A stretch of 64,000 bases of DNA. Origin: Hydrolagus colliei. Taxonomy: Eukaryota. The stretch is taken from assembly GCA_035084275.1 (NCBI GenBank), contig CM068752.1:13020001-13084000 (forward strand), written 5' to 3'. Of the stretch, positions 26,101 to 38,100 are shown in pieces (position 1 is the first letter of the stretch; each line of letters begins with the position of its first letter). Both the position numbers and the translations under genes were made by a program. A model generated the notes under the pieces. That model saw only the letters and a list, made by a program, of their open reading frames with translations. It searched no databases and was not told the origin of the DNA.

Positions 26101-29100
26101 ATCCGCCAATCGACAGAAAGCCAGGGTCCTACTTACTGCTAGGTAAACAGAGAGGGGTGTGGAGTAAGGAAACTTACTGAATGTTTTCCCAGGAATCAAA
26201 CCCAGGTCCCTTGCTCACCAGGCGAGTGCTCTAACCACTGAGCTACAGGACTTTGTAATAATAATAATAATCCTTGCGTTTGATATAGCGCACAGCAGTG
26301 TCCTGCAAACAGTTGTGAAATTTGGATGTTAGAGCTTTACCCATTGGGTCTTTAGGGAAACATTTTCGTATTTATTATTTGATAGGCCTAGACAGCGTCA
26401 CCAGGTTCTATTCCCCAGCTTTATCTCAGGGTCACTGAGGCTATTTGTCGTGGCAATACTGCCACCTGGCTGAGGTCCTCTGACTGATCGCTGTTGCATT
26501 CAGTAGCAATGTAACCAACTCAAGTCAATTGGAGCCTCAAGGTAGCTCTTTAAAATGGAGAATGAATCTCTTTCCACCCTTCGGTGATCTGTGGAAATAC
26601 CCATAAAAGAGCTAAACTGTCAATGTGAATAATTGAAGCAGTTTCTAATTATATACCACTTTCCTTATGGGAGGGTTCAGTTCAGTTTGACATAATCCAC
26701 CCAAAGTTCTTTTATCTGTGTCTGGTTGTCACTGCCCAGGAGCGTACACTGTACTATACACAGATCCCTCATGGCCTGTCAAGTGAACTGTCAAGAGAGT
26801 GGGAATGGGAACAGGAATGTGCAGCTGTAGTTACCAAAGCTGCGATGTATTCCGTATCACAGCCGAGACCCAGACCCTGGGCTAATATCCTTGTCATATC
26901 TTCAAACTGAAGGTCAGAGTTTTTGAAACCGCCAGATCGCGGCAATATTTTTAACTGGCTGGCGACATTGTCCTTTATTTTTTTGTTGGACCTAATCCCT
27001 CTTAGACAGAAGAAATAGCACTTCCTGATGTCGAGACATCACTAAAAACGTTCCAATAATTGCTGCCTTATATAGTAACTCTTCTTTTGTAGGTAAACAT
27101 AGTAATTACTTTGTACATACAAATAGGCGAGTGGCGAATAAGCAATTTATTTGGAAGTCAAAAGGCAAAATACAGCACAAGCTGGAAATCTGAAATTAAA
27201 AAAAAACAGAAGTTGCTGGGAACACTCAACAGGTCAGGCAGCATCTATGGAGAGAAGAATGTGAGGTAACGTTTCTGGTCAATGAACGTTTCTGACGCAA
27301 AAGTCAGAAAGGTCAGCGACTTCTGTTTTTATTTGGAGGTTTGTTGTCCAGGCATCTCAAGACATGTCATCAATCAAGAAACATGTTATTTTATCACCAC
27401 TGGTTCAGAGTTTCACCCATAGGATGGCAATTCTGTGCTTTCCCACGACTACAACACTACCGCACTGAAGTTTCAGTCTATACTGTGAGTCCACGTCAGG
27501 GTTGGTCTGAGATTAAACTGGAGGCAATTGTTTGGATGGTGTAGAAGAATCTTTTCTTTATATTTAAACTGCGAGACGTTGAGTGTGTGTCTAAAATGGG
27601 TAAGTACAGGTAGACCTCACTTAACGTTGCTTCAGTGAACGTTGTTTTGTTATTACGTTGCTGATACTAACATTGCGACGTTCGCTATTGTGTGGTTTGT
27701 GTGGAAACAAACTACTTTGGGTAACATGGGTGTGTATAGACGCCGAACGTTCAGTATTCTTGCGTGGGTTCGCTTAATGTCGTTTTGCTTAAAGTCGCAC
27801 TTTCTGCGAACACAACTGCGGCGTTAAGCGAGGACTCAGTGTAATTGGTTTCCCAGCAGTACAATCCATCGCCTTGAGCAGTAGAGAATTCACAACTCAC
27901 ACACATCCTGTTGGGAAATGTTATTTCAATCGGTGGTGTTGATTAATTGGGACGAGTTAATTAGGGAGAGAATTTCAGCAGGCTCGGGCATGCCCTGGCT
28001 TGTTTGATCACGCTGCGCGTGGCATCTCTCTTGATGGTTTGTGCTGCTTTACAGGAGTGGAGGATGGCCCCGAGCCTGGAGCTAAAGCAGAGGCTGAGGC
28101 ACGTCGCGAGAGGGAGCTGCAGGAGGCTCGTCTGGCGGCCAAGGCTAAGAGGAAGCATCGGAAAAGCTCGTCGCGGGATTCGGATCGGGAATCCGGGCGG
28201 GAGTCCTTGTCTGAGAATACAGATGGCACCGTCTCTAAAGGCAAAATGGGAGATAAAAAATCCCGATCTGGGAAAGGCCGGGGGCTTCCGAAAAAAGGTA
28301 ATTTGGTTGGGAATCCACAGCGTGTGGGGTAGGGAGGCAGGTTCTGTGGTATTGAAGGCAAACAGTGTCACTGCACTAACAGCCTACTGCACAGGTTGAC
28401 ACACCCATCCATTGTAGGTCACAGACTGTGAGCATAGGTAACACAAGACTGTATCTGTATCAGGCACTGGTCCTATAACTGAGCTGTAGCTTGGTTCAAA
28501 GGTGACACACTCTCGTCTCTAGGTAAAAAGATTGTGTGTTGCATCGCGGGATGGATTTCCAGAGGTTGGGGGCAGAGTGGCTGAAGGCTCGCCCACAAAT
28601 AAATTTGGTCACTCAATCATTGAATAATTTACACGGTAAATACAAACTCTTCCCTCACACATATAGTACTGGATACAACATGCAACCCTTTCTTGGGATG
28701 TCATCCTGACGTGGAAGGCGCTCTATAAATGTAATTTTGTTGTTGTTTGTTGTTGTTGTATATCCAATGACCAATTGAGTGACCAGATATATTGTATATA
28801 TTGTAAATATATATTGCTATATATGCATATATATATAAACCCAGTAAAAGCCCATTTATCTGGCACGGGACTCGGCCAATGCCAGTTAAAGCGCGTGCCG
28901 GATATTCGGCCAAAAACACCCCAAAAAATAATTTAATTTTTTTTTAAACATACCATATTAATAATAGACTAAATAATAACAGAATATTGTATGGATACTT
29001 ACCAATAAAGCAATAAATATCGATTATAGTCAGCACACAATCACATAGCAAACTTCTACAATGGCTGATGGAAGAGTTTTTTCTTCTTCTTAAAGGGGTG

Positions 29101-29156
29101 CTGTACCGTCGATTTTTCTTCTTTTTTCTTTCTCTCCCTCCTTCCCTCTCTCTCTT

Positions 29157-29198
<42 letters not shown>

Positions 29199-32100
29199 TC
29201 AAGTCAGTCTGGCATCTCAATGGCTCCAAACCCAACCCCCCTTCATTCCTCTCATTTTCCATCTAAATTAATCAACTCACCCCCTCTCTCTCCCCTCTTC
29301 TCTCCCCTCCTCTCTCCCCTCCTCTCTCCCCTCCCCTCTCTCCCCCTCCTCCCTCTTTCTCCCCCCCCCCCCCCCCCCCCCACTCTCTTTCTCCCCCGAA
29401 TCTCTTTCCCTCTCCCCCCCCCCCCCCCCACCCCCTCCCTCCCCAACCTCTCTCTCCCTCTCAAACCAGGAAGTGCAGCATTCAGAGGTAATCCTGCTGT
29501 ACTCTGAGGGAACAAAATGGCAGCACCACCTTCAGGCACTAGTAGCAGCATTACAAAATATTGATACTGATGCATTGTGCCGGATAAGATCCGGTTAATC
29601 GAATGGGAACCTTTTTTTTGAAGTGCTGGTTATACGGAAGTTATGGTTGATCCTTCACGGATAAACCGGCTTTTACTGTATTACTATATATGGAAATTAT
29701 ATACTAGCAATATAAAGCAATACGAATGTGGTTATTTCAATCCATGACTGTTTGCGAGACACTGCTGTGCGCAATTGGCTACTGCGTTTCATCCAAATAA
29801 TATATGGTAAGTTCACTTCATAGTATATTCCGTGAAGCGCTTTGAGACATTTAGAAGGTACAGGCATGCCTCCCCAACCACGGGGGATACGTGATAAGGC
29901 GCTAGTGACATCAAATGTAAGTATTGTTAATATCAATCCCTCCGTTTCGCCTCTTCCCTTTCCTCTTTCAAGGCCGGTTTGAAGACTTTCCTCTTCGATC
30001 GTGCCTTTTGTTCCACCCCGAACTCTTTTACCTCCCCTTCGTGTTTCACCCCTTCCCAAACACTCCCCTCCCAGCTCGGGTCACACGCCTCTTGTTCAGC
30101 GCCTTGGGATGTCCTCCCGATGCTCTATAAATGCAAATATAAATTGTTGTTGTTGTTGTTATTATGTCACTTGGCTTGATTGTGTGGTTTGATGAATGAC
30201 TTAACGAAAGGTGGTCCTGCTGTAAATGTGTTGTTGCAGGAGGTGCTGGTGGCAAAGGTGTGTGGGGGGCTCCGGTTGAGGTCTATGACGTAGAGGAGCC
30301 AGATATCCGGGACCCAAACTATGATGATGATAAACAGGTAATCTTCTCCCCCACCCCCCACTCCCTCCCTGCTCAGTGTGTGGTACTCCCAGAGCACAGG
30401 GTTGGGTGGTGGGTGGGGGGGGGGTGGGGGGGGTCTCACTAGGACTCGCTGTGTGTTGCGCTCCGAGGGCTCTTGTCCTGCTTCCTTGATATATCTGAAA
30501 GTGATACGCTGGATTCCATAGTAATACCTTATATATTCCCTAAAACGCGGATCAGATTCATTGCTCAACTCTGAAACCAATTCCGCCATTAGAGCCCCAA
30601 ACAGACTTCGCTGGGAATACTCAGCAGGTCAGGCAGCAACTAGTAGAGAGGGATAGTGAGTCAACGTTTCAGTTCGATGACTTGCATCAGAACTGATGAA
30701 ATCAGCGCTGTCTGGAAACCTCCCTTTACAGTGATGTCCTGGAGTGCAGTTGGAGTGGGGGCAGTTTAGACGATGGGATTATTGATATCCATTTCATTTA
30801 TAAACGACAGATGCAATTAATTACTGGAATATATTGCATGATTCTACGTTTTGTCATGGCTGTTGCCGCAAAATAGTATTGTAAATTAGTCCTGAATTTC
30901 ACCAAATTTTCCTCAAAATGTGGCTTCCATAATTTTGGTAAATTGGAGGATTATTTGAGGGATCTTCGGGGGTGTGAGCTGGCTCTGAGGTGACCTGGCT
31001 GGCACAGGGAGTGTAGCTGAGGCGTTCTATGTAATGGACTTTGGCGACTGCTATCTAGAGAGAGCAGATCTGCAATGCTCCAGCGCGCTGTTAATGATTG
31101 ACGAATCCTGTGTGATTAATAGGACACATCACTGGGGGAAGGGATTATTCCCATTTGGCTGCTGATAACCTGTGAGCCAAAACTTCTAACAAATAGAGCT
31201 GAACAACCAGCTCACCCCCTCTCAGGAAGCGATAATTTGTAATGGAAATAATGAAGGACCACGTGAGCTCATTCTGCATTTCAGACTCCTGGCTGACAAG
31301 GGATGTGTATTTTTGGTCTCTGGAAGGACTGACGATGATTGTTTGGTTTCAGGGGGAGACTGTGTTTGAGACGGTTGTTCCTGAATTGAATGAAGATGAG
31401 TTTGACAAGGCCGTGACATCGATTATTCAGGAGTACTTTGAGCACGGAGACACAAAGGAAGTGGCTGTAAGTTCATCTTGGTTTGCCACAACCTGAGCCC
31501 AGAATCTCACAGATAGAACAAAGCTGGTTAAAAGTGAATCCAGATTCTATTAGCCAACAAGATGGGCAGAGCGCTTTTTTTTCTGCGCTGGAAATGTCTA
31601 TGGTTTTACTTAAAGGGAATGAAAGACATACAGTGAGAGAGAGAGAGAGAGACAGACACGCACACATGCAGAGGTATCTTTGCTGCAGAATCAATTCAGA
31701 TATTTAAGAGGGAGATAGATACAGAAAGCACGCACACATGCATACAAAGGCACATACATACATGTGCAAAAACAAATCTACATAAGGTAATATGTAATAT
31801 TATGTAATAATAACAACACTTCCATTTGATATGGCGCATTATCACATGTTTGTGACTTGTCAAAGCGCTTCCCAGAATATCCTGCAAAGGAAATTGACTG
31901 TGTATTTGGTAGACATACTTGGGAAATAAGAGACGTAGAGAAAAGGTGGAGAGATGGGATTGAAAGATAAAATTGCCTTGACATAATGCATCTGTGCTGG
32001 TTCCATGTGTTAAATAGTATTGAATGTTTGTGGCCCTGGTACAACGACAACAACAAAATTACACTTAAATAGTGCCCTTCACGTCAGGAGGACGTCCCAA

Positions 32101-35100
32101 GGCGCTGGACAGTCACTGTGTCAGACCCAAGCTGGGGCCGGGGTGGGGAAGGAAAGGTGGGGATCAGGAGTTGCCAATGGAACCATTGAAGAGGAGAGTT
32201 TTGAGGCCGGAATTGAAGGAGGCCAGGGAGGGGGGCGAAGGGACTGCAGGATGGAGTTCCAGAGGCTGGGGGCAGAGTGGCTAAAGGCTCTCAATGGTGG
32301 GGCATTGGAATGCGTGATGTTTCCTGATCTCAGTGCAGTTGCTAACCCTTCCAAACGCTGTCTTATCGTGTTGCAGACCCTCCTGGGGGAGCTGAATCTG
32401 GGCAGCAAGACCAGCCAGGTGCCGTTCCTGTCGGTGTTGATGTCGTTGGAGGGCAAGGCCAGCCACCGGGAGCTGATGTCACAGCTGTTAGCTGATCTGA
32501 CGGGGAGACGATTGAAGGCAGAGCATGTGGCCACCGCCTTCGATAAACTCCTGCGCAATCTGCCTGACCTCATCCTGGACACGCCCGAGGCCCCCCAGGT
32601 ACGTGACAGTCTGTTCTTCGAGGAGAGATGTCCCGGAGGAGATGCGGAAGGCTGATTGCCGGGGTTAGAGGGATGAGCTATAAGGAACGAATGAATACAC
32701 CAGGTTCTTTGGCTTGAAAGGAAGGACATCTCAGAGGAAACCTTATGGAGATAGGTAGATGTAACACAGCTAGTTTAGGACAGAGACAGCAGTTAAGTGT
32801 TTCTTTACACAGAGCAAAATTAGTGTCATGTTATCAGTAGAGGATGTTCAGACCAGTGTGGGGGGAGATAGGAACAAAGCAAAAGGACAAAGGAGCAGTT
32901 GCCTTTGACTCTGCTTTATTCCTTTGTGAAACGCTGTGATCTTGTGCTGCAGATGCTGGGTCAGTTTGTAGCTCGAGCAGTGGCTGACCATGTCCTCACC
33001 ACTGAGTTCCTGGACAGCTATAAAGGGATGGTGGATTGTGAGCATGCCCGGTAAGTTCCTGCACAGTTCAATGAGCCACACGTCAGTGTTGCTTCGCGCA
33101 TCCCTCTGTACCCCTGTCGCATAATAACTCCCTTCACAAAAGACAATAAGAATACGTTGGCCACTTCCATCCACGACTGTTTGTGGGACACTACGGTGTT
33201 GCAACTGGCTGCCAGGTTTCACCCACAAACACAAGTCAATTTACATTACAGTAGATTCAGTGAAACGCTTCGAGACGTCTCAAAGAGGTGATACGGTGCG
33301 ATATCAAGTGCAAGGATTATTATTAATGACCATAATGATGCCGGCCTGGAACGGAGCTCCTTATGTGCTCTTAGACAGTTTTCTTGTCTCCGCCACCTGC
33401 CCCCACGGCTGACTACTGTAAACTGGACGTTGTAAAGCTACAGGCCTGACTTGTGTCCTTTGGTTGGTCACTGACAGCGCAGCGCTGGACCGAGCAGCCC
33501 TGCTGCTGAGCATCAATCGAGGAGTCCGTCTGGACAGTGTCTGGGGAGTTGGAGGTGGCCTCAGACCAGTCAAGCAGCTTGTTAAGGAGGTAAGGCAATG
33601 ATTGTGGAGCACTGGTCTGATCCGATCCAGTACAGCCAGACATTCACACACCTACAATAAATACACTATGTCCAGCTTTTGTGGAATATGTCACAAACAC
33701 AGTCCCCTGCCTCAACTTACAAAGGAAGTCAACATTTCTTTTCATCTTCATTCAAATTGGTCCATCCACCACCACCACCCCCACCCAATTCGAAATTAAT
33801 TAACTATTCATCTTTATATATATATATATATATATTTAATTGCTGCCTTTGCCTCAGTTGGTAATGCTCTCATCTCTGGGCCATTAGATCGTGGCTTTGA
33901 GTTCAGCTCTTAAGCTCCCTCTCTCTACCTCTGCCATTCTCCCAGCCGCCCCTTGCTCCAACCTCAACGCTTTATTTCCGCCCCTCCCCTCCTCCCCACA
34001 ACACTAATGACATTGCTCCCCTGTTTCAGTGGCTGATCCCTGAGCACTGAGACTAACACCAGATACTGTGGTTTCTAGTTACAATACAAAATTACATTCG
34101 TATAGTGCCTTTCATGTCAAGAGGACTCCTAAGGAGCTGGACAGTCAGGAATTCGACCCAAGCTGGGAGTTGGGATCGGGGAGGGTAGGATGGTGGCCAA
34201 AGGCATGGTTGACGAGGAGGGGCTTAAGTCATGCTTTGAAGGAGGCAAGGGAGGGAACCAAGGGATTGTGAGATGGAGTTCCAAAGGGTGGGGTAAAGAG
34301 GCTGAAGGCTTGACCATCGATGGTGAGCTGGGCCGGGTTGGGGACGTGGAGCAGGTGCTCAGCGAGGAGAGGTGGGGTGGGGTGGGAGCAGGTTGATATG
34401 AGTGAGTACAACATTTATCGTGGACTGTGTTTCACAGATGAATCTTCTGCTGAAGGAGTACCTGCTGTCCAAGGACACTGTGGAAGCTGAGCGGTGCCTG
34501 CAGGTTCTCGAGGTTCCACACTTCCACCATGAGCTCGTCTACGAGGTACATTGCGTTTTGCCCACAAAATATACAGTCAATTCACTTTACAGTATATTCT
34601 ATGAAGCGCTTTGAGACATCTAGAATACGTGAAAAGCACTATATCAAAATGGAAGGATTATTATTATTACATTGAGCTGCCCTTTTTACTGCTTATTTAT
34701 TTTGCTCTTTCTTGCCTTGACTGTATAATCCTTTCAAGCACCAATAACAATGTGACTCATTCTGGTGGCTTTCCCATTGCCCTTATGGGTTACCTCATAA
34801 TATGTAATCACCCTTGCACGTTATCATGTCATCGAGGGGTCTTCTAGTGCTTCACAGGATAAACTGGAGTGAAGTATTTTGTGGACAAATGTGGCAGCCA
34901 ATCTGCACAGTGGGTTGTAAAATAATCTACGTATTCATATTTATATAGTGAGAGGCCGTCCCAAGTGAAAGCTGCTCTGCTTGCTTCCCGATCGCTGACG
35001 TGTTTTGTTGCTCTCAGGCTGTCCAGATGGTGCTCGAGTCTTTGAATGACGATGCTTCTGATCTGATCGCCAAACTCTTGAAGATCTTCTGGGAGTCGGG

Positions 35101-38100
35101 ATTTGTGACCCTTGACCAGATGAACCGGGTGAGAGACCTCCCCCCCACCCCCCACATCCCCACCCCTTGATGCATCTCATGTAAAAAGCAAAGGAAATGT
35201 CTTACTGGGATGATCTTACAGGTTCTGTCTTACTGGAACCAAAATGAGAATTCGCACTGTGTACATGAAACAGAAACTCTTCTGTGTCAAACGTTTAGTT
35301 GTTCTGACGACTCAGTGGTTGACTGACTTGTGTTTTTGCTGGAGCAGAGAAGGTTAAGGATCTAATCCAGGTTTTCTCAATTTCAATTGCTGTTTGATGG
35401 AGAGAACGTAACAATATAATAATCCATTCATTTGATACAGTAAAAGCTCGTTTATCCGGCACCCGATCAACTGTAACTTCTGTATAACTGGCATCGCAAA
35501 AAAAGTCTGCATTCGATTAATCGGAATTTATCCGGAAAAATGCATTAAAAATGTAAAAAGCTTTTTAAAGGTTATTTACTGGATATTCGGTCGAATATCC
35601 AGTAAATAACCTTTAACCGGCATTGGCCAGGTCTTGAGGGTGCCGGATAAACGGGCTTTTACTGTACAATACTTTTAATGTTTTCTAGATGCCTCAAGGC
35701 GCTCCATGGCCTCCACGTGCTTCCATGGCCTTGGAGGGCCTTGTGAATGGGAGATACATGTGGTTTATGGAATTCTCTACCCCAAAAGGCTGTAGATTCT
35801 CAGTCCTTGAATATATTCAGGACTGAGATTGATAGATTTCTTATGGAAAAAGGGATTAAGGGATGGCGATAAGGCAGGTAGGTGGAATTAGATTAGAAGA
35901 TCAGCCATGATCTTATTTAATGGCGGGGCAGGCTTGAGGGGCCGAATAGCCAACTCCTGCTCCTAGTTCTTACGTAAATTTAGAACAGCAAAATGAATGA
36001 AAATTGTTAGAAAAGGTAAATACGGTGTTAGACAGTCGGGATAACACCAAGATTGACAACTGCATCTTGAACTGTCGCAGTCTTTGAACAACTACGAACA
36101 CTTTCTCGACAAACCAGAAGAGATAGAAGAAGTTGCCTGATCAAATCTGCATAGCAAGGGACAGTGAAACCACCAGAATATGCTTTAATCCCTCACCATC
36201 AGCACTGTGCAGACATAGATAGAATTAGCAAAGCTACTCTGCTACTGTGAGCTTTCAATCAGACTTGCAGCATTTGAGACGATTGTTGCAGTCTATGAGA
36301 ATCATGGATCGGAATTACTGCTACAGTTGAAATTGGCTATCAAGCAATTACACAACAACCTTGAGACACTGCATTGATGCTAAAGCTCACACACATGCCT
36401 TCACACACATACACACAGATAAACTCACACACGTGCAGACACTCACAAGCTCATGCACATATATTGACACAAACACACACTCAAAATCATACACACACAC
36501 GCGCACACTGAGATATATACTCACACACACACTAACATTCTCATACACACACACTCTCCCCTCTGAGCCAGGGCTGTTATGGCTGTGGTCACATGTGAGA
36601 ATTGACCGCTGTAGACTGGAGGGTGAGTCAGGAACAAACTGGCATAAATTCCAGATTATCACGAGAGGTCAGAGGAATTAAAAAAAAATGTAAACAGTTG
36701 TTAGACTAAGGAATTATTTACTGCAAAAGTCTGTTGAAACCAAGTTGTTAACAAAACCCCCCCACAAAATTACATTTGTAAGTCTGATTGAAAGCTCACA
36801 GTAGCAGAGTAGCTTTGCTAATTCTATCTATGTCTGCACAGCGCCTTTCATGTTGGGAGGACGTCCCAAGGCGTTGGACTGTCAATGTTTCAGATCCAAG
36901 TGGAGTGACGTAGTGGCGGAGTCGGGAAGGCAGAGAGGATCATGATGAGGATCAGAGAGGAGGAGAAAAGACAGTTGAGGATTGAACAAGACACCTAGGT
37001 TCCTGACTGGTGTGGTGGGGTGGTGTGTTTAACCATGGAGGTTGCTGCTGTGAGTGATGTGTGATGTGTGAAGGTGCTGGAGCGAGGCCAATCTGGAGGG
37101 CCCCGGTCTTGTTGACTTTTAACTGCGTTAAGCCATTTATAAGGGAATTTTAGTCAACAACTCGATCGAGGAAAACTAGTACAACAGGAAGACAGAGAGC
37201 AGCCATGAAATTCCACTTATTCCCACCTGGGAGGGCAGGAATCAAGGCCCATAGTGGATGGAATAGTTTGTGCATCATTATGGGAAATGCTGATTTAATG
37301 ACGGACATTATGTTTCTGTAATACACATGCACCTCCACTAGATGGCAGCAGAGAGATGGGCAATGGCCTAATATCCAAAGTGCTATAATTGGAATCCTTT
37401 CTATAGCTTATCACAAAATGTTGTTTTTTGAGGTCTATCTCTAACTGTGCATTTCACTGCCCCGCCCCCCCACTCTCTCTTTCTCTCTTTCTCTCTCTCA
37501 TTCACTATTACCCTGACCATTTGCAATCAGGGCTTCCTCCCACTCCTCGATCTATCCACTGCCTTTGACACAATGGACCACACAATCCTCCTCCTCCACT
37601 TCTCCTCCCACCTCAAACTTCAAGGTTCTGTCAAGGTTGATTGGTTCTGGTCCTACCTCTCACACCGCCGTCACTTTGTCTTCTCCAACGACTTTTCCTC
37701 CAGCCCTCGCACAGTCTCATGCGGTGTTCCTCAGGTCTCTGTCCTTGGCCCCCTCCTCTTCACCCTCTACATGCTCCTCCTCGGCGACATCATCCGCAGA
37801 CATGGGGTAAACTTCCACATGTATGCGGATGACACCCAACTCTACCTTTCCGCTTCCACCCTCAACTCCAGTACTACCGGTGTCCTGACTGCGTGTCTGT
37901 CCGAATTGAGTACTGGATGAGGGACAACTTCCTCCAGCTAAATGTCAACAAGACGAAGACCCTCCTGATTGGCTCACATCAGCGCCTCCGCACCTCAGGC
38001 GCTGGCAACATCAGCATTCAAGGCTGCTCTCCATCTCTCGAAGCCAGTCAGGAATCTGGGCGTCTTCTTTGACCTTGACCTGTACTTCCTCTCCTAAATC

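Noticed and set aside
35985-36360. Coding-looking stretch in the long PDCD4-like intron
   Set aside because: Stops in the frames I checked and no recognisable domain; left unassigned
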